64,000 nt of DNA from the NCBI GenBank assembly GCA_965217895.1, contig CBDCJV010000002.1, positions 3,072,001-3,136,000 on the forward strand. Direction: 5' to 3'. A model generated the notes under the pieces. The model saw only the letters and a list, made by a program, of their open reading frames with translations. It was not told the DNA's origin and did no database searches. This stretch comes from Waterburya sp. Its GTDB lineage: Bacteria > Cyanobacteriota > Cyanobacteriia > Cyanobacteriales > Xenococcaceae. Of this stretch, positions 19,952-29,247 are shown piece after piece; position 1 is the first letter of the stretch; each line of letters begins with the position of its first letter. A program made the position numbers and the translations under genes.

Positions 19952-20473
19952 CGTTTAGTGTGAATTAAAAGGGTTCAATTTTCTCTTTTTATCGGAAATT
20001 TAACTTTGAAAACCAGAATATAATACTGGGGGAACTTTCCACTACTACCCCACTCTCGCGCATTCCCAAGCCAGTCCGTTGCGGGTCTGTGACCCGTTGA
20101 AGGAACTGGCGTTTGCGCCTGACGGCGACGCGGTGAGACAGTTGCGGTGGTGAGACACTTGCGTTGCGGGTCTATGACCCGTTGAGCAAAGTGTTGAAAG
20201 GTTTCACCGGCATAAGCAAACTGTCGAACCCTTTAGGGGTCGCTCGCCTGTTGGGGACGTTACGACCCTCCCCAAAGCCGAGGCAACGTGGGGCGAATGT
20301 ATTCGCCCCTTTAAGTGCCGTCTTCCGTAAACATTAACCCTAACTTTTGCCTTGCCAAATAATCTCTAATCATCTAGATAAATAATTGAATTTGCTTTTT
20401 GCAAAATCTTGTTACTCTTTGAAATATTAGGCTTTTATAAGCTGATCATAAAAAAGCTAATTCACATCAGACG
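19952..20473. mobile_element. MITE of the same TIR family as 16711-16932, carrying nested repeats
   Basis: CGTTTAGTGTGAATT...AATTCACATCAGACG; flanks TATCTTA/TATATTA (1 mismatch); contains compound repeat 20055-20247 and hairpin 20290-20309. Confidence 0.65.
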
Positions 20474-20551
20474 TATATTACTTTTAATTCAATTGTTTTG
20501 AACATTTGGCTTCTGGTCATTAATAATTCTTGCGTAAGTTCTATAATTTAG

Positions 20552-21228
20552 GGAAGCTAACTGTGAAGCGAAAGTATCAGAGATTAGTGTTGACGGAGGA
20601 AAAGTACGTCTGAGAACGGAACGCAAAGGCCAATCCTGTATCTGGAGAGACTATAAAGCAGTCTGTATTGATTCACAATCAAGAATGGCATGGTTTCAGG
20701 AGAATGAAGAACTAGTTAAAGGGGTCAATCAGCAACCCTTTGATGTGTGTTGAATTGTGTGGCAGATGGTCATCAAGGAATTTGGAATCTAATGAACCAG
20801 TTCAATCGCGAAGGTGAAACTAGACAAATTCTAGACTGGTTTCATCTCGTAGAGAATCTTTATAAAGTCGGCGGTTCAAATAAACGCATCGAGCAAGGAA
20901 AAAGTCTTTTATGGCAGGGAAAAGTTAATGAAACTTTAGCTTTATTTTCGCCTTTAAAAAAGAAACAAGCACAAAACTTTTGTACTTATTTAGAAAATCA
21001 TCGCGATCGCATTGTCAACTATGATTATTATCAAGCAGAAAATATTTGTGCCATTGCTTCAGGTGGGGTGGAGTCTACCGTTAAGCAGATAGACCGAAGA
21101 CTAAAAATTTCAGGCGCGCAATGGAAAATTGAAAATGTACCACAAGTCTTAAAACATCGATGCGCCTATCTCAACAATACTCTTTTTACTCAGTAGTACT
21201 TATGTTCTTGCATAATTGACTTGCTCCC
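20552..21228 (+). mobile_element. ISKra4-family IS remnant (5'-truncated, frameshifted transposase plus right end)
   Basis: SVDGGKVRLR..WRDYKA upstream; frameshift near 20746; ADGHQGIW, ILDWFHLVEN, SGGVESTVKQI, GAQW; end ...TTGCTCCC at 21228. Confidence 0.8.
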
Positions 21229-23351
21229 GCTTGTTTGTCAATTCCCTACAGGCGATGGTAGCGGTGTTTGTAATTCTCTTTATTGCCTTATCTTGGCGTG
21301 AAGCCTTAATTGCTGGACTCTCGATACCCCTAACCTTTTTGGGAACGTTAGCAGTACTGTGGTTGCTCGGACAAACCTTAAATAACATGGTGCTAATTGG
21401 CATGGTGTTAGCACTGGGTATCTTAGTTGATGTCTTTATCCTGATGATGGAAGGGATGCACGAAGCAATCTTTGTATCTGGACTTTCCTTTAACCAAGCA
21501 GCACTTAAAACAGTCCGCACCTATGCAGCAGCAGCCTTTGCGGGACAATTGACCACCATCTTAGCCATGACTCCCTTGATGGCAATTGGCGGGACAATGG
21601 GTAAGTTTATCCGCGTCTTACCAATTACGGCGATCGTCTGTTTGATTTTAAGCTTTGTCATTGCCCTGTTGATTGATATTCCCCTATCTCGTTTCTTATT
21701 AGCAAAAGTTAAGGGTAATCATCAACCATCCAAGATCGATCGCCTGAGTGAAACGGCATCCCAACGTTTTGCGCGATGGAGTTTAAACTATACCGTTCGC
21801 AATAAAGCTACGGCTCGTGCCTGGAGTTTGGGAGCTTTGGCTCTATTTGTTGTCGCGATATTAGCATTTACCCAAATTCCCACAACCTTTTTCCCCGAAC
21901 AGGATGGACGTAAGCTGAGTATTAACGTAGAAATGCCCCCAACTACGACCTTAGTTAAATCCCAACAGATAGCCGATGAACTGGGCAGTATTTTACAAGA
22001 AAAAGACTTTTTTACCAGCGTTACCAAATATGTCGGGCAAAAGAGTAATCTGGTTGGTTCGGGAGAGCTACAGCCCAATCAAGGCAGTTATTTACTTGGC
22101 TTTTCCGTGGTATTTACTCCTGAAGAAGAACGCGATCGCTTATCCTACGAATATCTAGATGAAATTAGAAACGAATTAACCCCAGTTCTAGCTAACTATC
22201 CAGGGGCATCTTTGGTCTTAAATTCTGAAAGTTCTACAGGTAGTGGCGAACCAATTCAGATTGAGATTGCAGGTAGTGACATGAACGAGCTACGAAGCAT
22301 ATCTGACCAAGTACAACAGGCTTTGAGACAGATTCCAGGCACTAGCGACGTGCGCGATAATTTAGGCGACTTACAGCCCGATTTAAAACTATTACCCAAA
22401 CGCGAAGCACTAGACTTCTATGGCATCACTGAAGAAGAACTAACAAATCAGGCACGCTACTATATGACTGCTACTGAAGTAGGCAGCTTTAACCTCGGTG
22501 GCAACCAGGAAGACTTAGATATCAAGCTTAGTACCGCATGGCGATCGCGTAATGGTGCTGTCGGCGGTCCTACTCAACGAGATGAGCTAAGACTAATCCG
22601 CTTCTTTAACAATGATGAAGAAATAATTCCTGCGGGTTCGTTAGTCAATACAGTTCAAGACCAAGCACCGCTTTCTATAACTCACCGTGGGGGCAAACGT
22701 ACCGTTACCGTTTTGTCAAAGAATGTCAATCGTACCGTGGGCGAGATTCTAGCCGATTTAGAACCTCAGTTAAAACAGATGCAGCAAAACTGGTCTTCTG
22801 GCTATACCTATAGCTTTGGTGGGGAAACAGCAGAACAAGCTGAAACCTTTGGTTCGGCTGGTCAGGCACTCGGATTAGCAATCTTCCTGGTATTTGCTGT
22901 CTTAGTCCTACAGCTTGGTTCATTCCGACAGCCATTTATTATCCTGCTAGCAATTCCTCTAGCTTTAATCGGTACAATGGGCGGTTTCTTCCTGGCTTGG
23001 ATTCCCTTCTCCTTCTCCGCATTTATCGGCATCATCGCCCTAGTCGGTATTGTCGTTAATGATGCGATCGTTATGGTAGATACCATGAACGCCTATCAAA
23101 AAGAAGGAATGAAAGTTCGTGAGGCTGCTGCTTTTGGGGTGAGCGATCGCCTTAGACCCATTCTAACCACCAGTATTACTACTATCGTCGGGTTGATTCC
23201 TCTGGCACTAAGCGATCCTTCTTGGATGCCCTTGAGTAGTGCCATTATTTTTGGCTTGATTGCTGCTACCTTGACGGCATTAATCATCGTTCCCTGTCTC
23301 TATCTTCAGTTCACACCTAAGACTGAAATAAATGATGCGGAATTTGTTTAG
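21229..23351 (+). pseudogene. RND (AcrB-family) efflux permease, N-terminally truncated by the IS
   Basis: LGILVD, GIVVNDAIVMVD, RLRPILTT motifs; begins near TM2 directly after the IS end; about 700 aa versus about 1000 typical. Confidence 0.85.
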
Positions 23352-23413
23352 TATCCAATTTAAGTAAGAAGCAATTGGTCTTTCTCAACATATTGCGAGA
23401 TAACCTTTAAATC

Positions 23414-23632
23414 TCAAGCAGCGGTAGCAATGGTAGGTTTTGGTAAAGGTTCGCCATCGGCTTCATAAGAAACAATCAAAGATTCTAAAGCTTCCTTGCC
23501 ATTAACTACCGCTTCCTCATAAGTATCCCCATGAGTGCGCCAATGTTGCCCTGGAAAATCTGGTAAAGCAACTAAAAAACAACTATCCTCATCACTCCAC
23601 TGAATAATCATTTGATACTTAAGTTTATCCAT
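23414..23632 (-). CDS. hicB: HicB-family antitoxin (short form)
   Basis: ALPDFPG..THGDTYEEAV..KEAL; overlaps the toxin stop. Confidence 0.9.
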   Translation of the reverse strand: MDKLKYQMIIQWSDEDSCFLVALPDFPGQHWRTHGDTYEEAVVNGKEALESLIVSYEADGEPLPKPTIATAA

Positions 23633-23837
23633 CTTGTCTCTTTCTTTTTACTTTTGCGATCGCTTGTTCTATCTCTTTTTCTAGATATCTTTTAGCATCA
23701 CTTCCACCTTTACCTGCAATGGTAACTCTTCCAGGGTAATCTGGATGCGTCCAGTTTGTATGACTTCCTTTGCCTGGACGTTCGATAAAACCCGATTTTT
23801 TCAGCATTTGCTTTAATTCTCGAATTTTCTTCGGCAT
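23625..23837 (-). CDS. hicA: HicA-family toxin
   Basis: LKKSGF..GKGSH..HP; 70 aa basic protein upstream of hicB. Confidence 0.9.
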   Translation of the reverse strand: MPKKIRELKQMLKKSGFIERPGKGSHTNWTHPDYPGRVTIAGKGGSDAKRYLEKEIEQAIAKVKRKRQDG

Positions 23838-23890
23838 TTTAGTCAGTTAAATGTAGATAATATTTTTAATCAAGCTATTTATTCTTGTGT

Positions 23891-23986
23891 TTGATTGCAG
23901 CTATCTTGACGGCTCTAATTCTAGTTCCCTGTACATATTTTCGATTCATACCCAAAACTGAAATAAATAATGCGGAAACAGTTTAA
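23891..23986 (+). repeat. Diverged 96-bp duplicate of the RND gene 3' end (23256-23351)
   Basis: LIAAILTALILVPCTYFRFIPKTEINNAETV* versus LIAATLTALIIVPCLYLQFTPKTEINDAEFV*. Confidence 0.85.
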
Positions 23987-24091
23987 CAAATAAAATATGA
24001 CTAAGAATTTGATTTCATTGTTACGTATCTCAAATTTTAAAGTTTTTTGGGAACTATAAATAAAGAAAATGAAAATCTATATCAAGTTAAT

Positions 24092-24459
24092 ATGCTGTCT
24101 TTATTTATAGTTATACTTTTTGTAATTGGTTATGTGGCATTAATGACGTATGCTTCCAAGATACAACAAGAAGAACTAGAAAAATTTAATCTGTTGCTGG
24201 ACTCTGCATTAAAATACCCAATCTCGCCAAAAATGCTAAGTAATCTTATATCAGTTTGGGAAGAAACTAAATTAACGTCTTCTAATTTGGAGTTTTATCT
24301 CAAGGAAAAGTATATTGAGCGTACTTTTAGAGTATGTGAAATGAATTTAACCAATTTAGATACATGGAATTTATTAGAAATAATTTTAAAAAAAATTAGT
24401 CCCTTCAAAATTTTTCCTTTATATAAAAATAATTTTAAAAACATTACCCTTCGATTGGA
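24092..24459 (+). pseudogene. AT-rich hypothetical membrane-anchored protein truncated by mini-IS6
   Basis: N-terminal hydrophobic helix; the ORF's last 11 codons lie inside the IS end. Confidence 0.45.
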
Positions 24460-24964
24460 GGTAATGTTGCCAGAAATTGAAGAAGCAACATAGTAGTATA
24501 TATTTACTGTCTAAAACTCAACATTAATGAATTCAAAATCCCCCTTCAAATGGCGACATTTTCTACTGTAGTAAGAGTGATTAATACAGACAAGGCGAAA
24601 GCTTATCCCAAAGCAATCGAAGAGCTAAAAGAATCTGACTTATTACCTGAATCGGTTGAACATCGAGCAGTTAAATACCTGAATAATTTAATTGAACAAG
24701 ATCATAGATATACGAAACTGCGGGTTATAACCAGTCAAAACTTTAGGAATTTTTGGACTGCTGGTCGTACCATCGCAGGATATGAATCGATGAACATGAT
24801 TCGTAAAGGACAAATCAAAAATGTAAGACGAGATGAATTTTTAGGTCAGATTAGGTTTATTCATTCTCTATTTGGGATAGCTGTGTAAATTTGAGAGAAA
24901 ATCAAATTAATTTAAAGTTTACCTTTATTTTTATTCTTTTGTTTTTTCTTTTCGCAACACTGCC
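24460..24964 (+). mobile_element. 505-bp internally deleted IS6-family element, copy A
   Basis: Ends GGTAATGTTGCC / GCAACACTGCC (IS26-like IR); MNSKSPFKWRHF joined out of frame to RVINTDK..NNLIEQDHR. Confidence 0.88.
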
Positions 24965-24980
24965 TTATTCCCTGGTTAGA

Positions 24981-25111
24981 CATTTTTCCTAACCGTTCTT
25001 TAATACTTGGTTTTCATCGATTGATTGCAGCAATCAATCAATTTTCTTTTTATTTGCCTGATGGATAAACTCTGTTTCTGCTACTCCTCTATTTCGGAAA
25101 GTGACAGAAGA
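24981..25111 (-). repeat. 131-bp inverted repeat, arm 1 (IS-end-like)
   Basis: Reverse complement of 30945-31075 (no mismatch seen by eye). Confidence 0.9.
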
Positions 25112-26036
25112 AAAAAAATATTCGCTTGATTACGATCTTGGTTTGAAGCTTGAAGTCGAGATAGGTTTTTTGTAAGTGGTATAAATAAGGATGGCGATAA
25201 GGAAAAAGAGCAAAATTTAAAGATTGCCAGACTTGTTTATTAGTAATATTTTGTTCTCTCAAATAGCTTTCTACCCATTCTAAATATAGAAGGCGTTTGG
25301 CTTCAGCCTGTCCCGATCTGATGACTACTCTCTGACAAGAATCTAGATGAATGCGATATTTATACCAACATTCGTTGGTGACATACACAGGATACTTTAA
25401 ACAGACTTTAACGTGAACGATCGCATCTTCATAGCTGCCACGAAAATTATTTTCACCACCCCCTACTTTTTCAATTATTTCTTTTTTGGCTAATACTCCA
25501 CCAGGAATAAATTCCTCGAGACGTAAAAAGAAACTCAACATTTCTGGTGGGGAAACGAGAGTATCAGAGAAAGGATGAGAACCACCATCTTTGGCTACTC
25601 CATAGGGATGATCGCGATCGCGATCTTCAGGATTTCCCGTCCAGCTATACCAAATCAGTAAAGGCGCAAACACCATCGCTGCTTCGGGATGAGCCTCTAA
25701 AATGGCTACTTGCTGTTCTAGCTTTTTGGGCAGCCAAACATCATCGCCATCGATGGGGGAAATATATTTACCCCTCGCCTGAGTTTTACCTAAATTGCGC
25801 GAGGCACTCATGCCCAGATTTTGATGGTTGGGATGTTCGAGATAGCGAATTTTATTGGGATACTGGGCTGCATAGCTTTGGGCAATCGCCGTGCTGCCAT
25901 CGGTCGAACCGTCATCTACTAGTAGTAGTTCCCAATTATCATAGGTTTGAGCTATGACACTTTCTATAGCTTCAGTTAAATATCGTTCTTCATTGAGAAA
26001 AATAGCGATCGCTGAAACTAATGGTTTATTATTCAT
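25089..26036 (-). CDS. GT2 glycosyltransferase; last codons supplied by the inverted-repeat arm
   Basis: LLVDDGSTD, SASRNLG, IDGDD. Confidence 0.88.
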   Translation of the reverse strand: MNNKPLVSAIAIFLNEERYLTEAIESVIAQTYDNWELLLVDDGSTDGSTAIAQSYAAQYPNKIRYLEHPNHQNLGMSASRNLGKTQARGKYISPIDGDDVWLPKKLEQQVAILEAHPEAAMVFAPLLIWYSWTGNPEDRDRDHPYGVAKDGGSHPFSDTLVSPPEMLSFFLRLEEFIPGGVLAKKEIIEKVGGGENNFRGSYEDAIVHVKVCLKYPVYVTNECWYKYRIHLDSCQRVVIRSGQAEAKRLLYLEWVESYLREQNITNKQVWQSLNFALFPYRHPYLYHLQKTYLDFKLQTKIVIKRIFFFFCHFPK

Positions 26037-26070
26037 AGTCAGTTGCTAATTGTCAGTTATCAGTAATTAT

Positions 26071-27134
26071 TAGACTTGTCGGGAAATAAGGGAAAATAAA
26101 TAAAAGGAATTAGATGTCAGAAAAATCAAATGTTAAAGATTGAAAGCGTAATCAACCAAGATAGATTGTTGAGAGCCTTAACAGGATTGAATAAAAGAGC
26201 ATTTGAATCATTATTACCGATATTTGAGCCGCATTATCAGCAATCGTTGCAATCGGAATCTAGAAAACGAGCAGTAGGAGGCGTTCGGGCGGTCAACATC
26301 CGCGGGAAACCCACGGATTACGCCCTCAGAAAAGCCCAGCTAGAAACAATCACTGCCAAATTATTTTTCATACTGTTTTACTTCAAATGCTATCCCACGT
26401 TTGACTTAGCAGGATTCATTTTGGGCATTCATCGCTCTCAAACGCATTACTGGGTGCATAAATTGCAACCTGTTTTAGAGAAAGCTTTAGGCGTAAAAAT
26501 GGTTCTGCCAGAGAGAAAGCTTAATAGTATTGAAGAATTTATCGAGAGATATCCAACAGTAAAAAAGGTAATAATTGATGGTACGGAAAGACCGATTTCC
26601 AGACCCAAAGATCGAGAAGCTCCAAAAACTAAATTATTCGGGGAAGAAAAAACGTCACGCCAAGAAACATATTGCAGCAGTAGACGAAAAAAAGAGGGTA
26701 CTGATTTTGAGCAAAGCCAGAGAGGGAAAAGTACACGACAAACGCGCTCATGATGAAGACGACATTGTCGGTAGCATTCGCGAAGAGATCCCAGTTGAGG
26801 CTGATTCAGGGTTTTTGGGATTACAAAAGCAATACGAGAACATTCATTTACCTTATAGAAAACCTAGAGGAAAGGAACTTAGTGAAACACAACAAGAAGA
26901 GAATCGGGTTTTAAGTAGCTCTCGTGTAGTCTGTGAAAATGCTTTTGCTGGTGTCAAACGCTATAATGCGGTTCATCAAATTTATCGTAATCGAATTAAA
27001 GACTTTGAAGATCATTTGATGTTAACCGCAGCAGGATTATGGAACTTTTATTTAATGACTGCTTAAGGTTGACTGGGGTGAGAACTTTTCCGAATCAAAT
27101 ATGTTTTCCTCTTTTTTATTTCCCAACAACTCTA
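26071..27134 (+). mobile_element. IS5-family (ISL2-like, DDE_Tnp_4) IS with frameshifted transposase
   Basis: 19-bp IRs TAGACTTGTCGGGAAATAA / TTATTTCCCAACAACTCTA; IIDGTERP, YSGKKKRH, ADSGF, RVVCENAF; frameshift near 26620. Confidence 0.88.
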
Positions 27135-27163
27135 TTAGCTAGTACGAAGGCACATCGCCTCTA

Positions 27164-28156
27164 CTAAAATCCTGCTTTATATACTTGCCATTGCTGTTTG
27201 AGCTTTTGACGGAGTGGAGTAGGCAAAATCTTACGTCCGACAGCTATTACCAGTTCTTTAGTAGTAGAAACTGGATGGCGGATTTTTTTAAGCAAACTAT
27301 ACAGTCTGGGATTGTGACAACGCCATTTAGTTTTTCGCAGTGCTTGCCAAATTTGGCGATCGCTAACTCCTTCTTGAGTTAAATAATTCTCGATCCAGTC
27401 TAAATAACGAGCTTGTGCTGCATTGTCTTCTCCTTTCAGCCAAGAAACATGGGTGCAGGATTCGGGGTGCATCCGATATTTGTACCAGCATTTACTGGAG
27501 ACATAGACAGCCGATTTCAGACATATTTTGGCTAAAACTATCGTATCCTCATACATCCCGCGAAAACTTTCTTCACAGCCACCAACGCGATTGATTACTT
27601 CTCGCTTAACTAAAATGCCTCCAGGGATAAAAAACTCATCTTTTAAAAAAAGAGTCAAAATTGCTGGTGCTTTAACCAAACTATCGCTGTAGGGATGTAC
27701 GCCCTCTGCCCCAAAACCATAAAGATCTTCTTTTGCCACATCTTCTGGATGACCATTCCAACTGTACCAGCGGTATAAAGGACCGTATACCATATCTGCT
27801 TCGGGGTGAGATTCCAAAATCTCTACCTGTTCGGTTAGCTTATTTGCCACCCAGACATCATCACCATCAAGGGAGGAAATATACTTGCCCTGGGCGTTGT
27901 TTATCCCCAAATTGCGGGAAGCACTCATACCCAGGTTTTGATGCTGAGGATGTTCTAAATAACGAATATTGGTATGTTGGTCAGCATACTTTTGAGCGAT
28001 CGCACTGCTACGATCCGCCGAACCGTCATCTACGAGTAAGAGTTCCCAGTTATCGTAGGTTTGAGCTAAAACACTTTCGATTGCTTCAGCTAGATATTGT
28101 TCCTCGTTGAGAAAAATAATAATAGCCGAGACTAAAGGTTGGTTGTTATTTGTCAT
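27164..28156 (-). CDS. GT2 glycosyltransferase
   Basis: LLVDDGS, SASRNLG, LDGDD; paralog of 25089-26036. Confidence 0.9.
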   Translation of the reverse strand: MTNNNQPLVSAIIIFLNEEQYLAEAIESVLAQTYDNWELLLVDDGSADRSSAIAQKYADQHTNIRYLEHPQHQNLGMSASRNLGINNAQGKYISSLDGDDVWVANKLTEQVEILESHPEADMVYGPLYRWYSWNGHPEDVAKEDLYGFGAEGVHPYSDSLVKAPAILTLFLKDEFFIPGGILVKREVINRVGGCEESFRGMYEDTIVLAKICLKSAVYVSSKCWYKYRMHPESCTHVSWLKGEDNAAQARYLDWIENYLTQEGVSDRQIWQALRKTKWRCHNPRLYSLLKKIRHPVSTTKELVIAVGRKILPTPLRQKLKQQWQVYKAGF

Positions 28157-28159
28157 CTG

Positions 28160-29203
28160 TTATTGGTTTAGCCAGCTTAGTAAACGTCTTTCAAATTCTG
28201 CTTTGTCCCAGTTTTGAACTTCAAAGCGGGGTAGTTGCCAGCGATCGCTTTTGCGCCAGACAGTAGTTTCTACCGTCGAACAGGCACAGTCAAATCCTGC
28301 CTCTCGGACTAGGGGAACAGTTTCAGCCCGATACGCCCCAAAGGGATAGGCGAAGCTATGTACGGGACGATCTAAGAACTTTTCTAAAGCTATCTTGCTT
28401 TGGGTGATTTCCTGCTGCTGTACGGCAATAGATTGTTCCGAAAGCAAGGGATGGCTGATGGTGTGTGCGCCTAGTTCGATGATGCCTCCCGCTTCAATTT
28501 GGGGCAGTTCGGCAATAGTTAGAGGGCGATGAGTTAAACGAGATGCCGAAGATTGATGATTTGCCCACGCCTTAATTTCTGCCAATAAGGGTTGTCGTTG
28601 TTCGGGGGATAGAGGCTGTAGCTGTTGCCAAACGCAATAATAAAAGTGCAGTCGCGAACCAGGTTGAGACTTCCATGCCTGGCAATCGCGGTTTTTCCAG
28701 GCTTCTGACTCGCTGTAGTTGCTAGCTTCTCCTAATTCCCACTGATGTTGTTTTCCTGCAATGGTTAAAGATAGCTGTTGGGGCAATTGTCCTGGCTGTA
28801 ATAAAACCCGTTCCAACTCATCCCACCAAAATTCTCTAGGCTGTTCGAGGTAGTCTGTAGTTACAAAAACCGTTGCGGGAATCTCATATTTTTCCAGAAT
28901 TGGCTTGGCTTGATAGAGGTTGTTGGCATAACCGTCATCGAAGGTAATCGCTACGGCGCGATCGGGAATATTTCCTTCTTTGTGAGCTTGGCTTAATTGC
29001 TTGAGGCTAACTGGCTGGGTGTGCTGACGCAAAATCTCCAGATGTTCAGCAAAATGTTGTGGAGTAACTCGCAACGACCAAGGATCGATATCTTCCTCCG
29101 CAATGCGATGGTACATCAAAATCAATCCCTGAGAACTATTTTTTTTCTCTATTTGTTCTTTGATTTTTTGTAGTTTATGTTTAATTTTAATTACTGGGTT
29201 CAT
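28160..29203 (-). CDS. Polysaccharide deacetylase (CE4/NodB-like)
   Basis: ILMYHRI, TFDDGY, GAHTISH, FAYPFG, LPR motifs. Confidence 0.92.
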   Translation of the reverse strand: MNPVIKIKHKLQKIKEQIEKKNSSQGLILMYHRIAEEDIDPWSLRVTPQHFAEHLEILRQHTQPVSLKQLSQAHKEGNIPDRAVAITFDDGYANNLYQAKPILEKYEIPATVFVTTDYLEQPREFWWDELERVLLQPGQLPQQLSLTIAGKQHQWELGEASNYSESEAWKNRDCQAWKSQPGSRLHFYYCVWQQLQPLSPEQRQPLLAEIKAWANHQSSASRLTHRPLTIAELPQIEAGGIIELGAHTISHPLLSEQSIAVQQQEITQSKIALEKFLDRPVHSFAYPFGAYRAETVPLVREAGFDCACSTVETTVWRKSDRWQLPRFEVQNWDKAEFERRLLSWLNQ

Positions 29204-29247
29204 ATATTAATTATTAATTATTGGTAATGCTTGCGCTAACTTATTTT

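Noticed and set aside
24550..24888. 112-aa ORF (three copies) as a functional transposase
   Set aside because: Only the C-terminal half; the true N-terminus is out of frame and the middle is deleted
26575..26753. Programmed ribosomal frameshift in the IS5-type transposase
   Set aside because: Needs a +1 shift at GCT-C-CAA with no clear slippery heptamer; a single-base insertion is simpler
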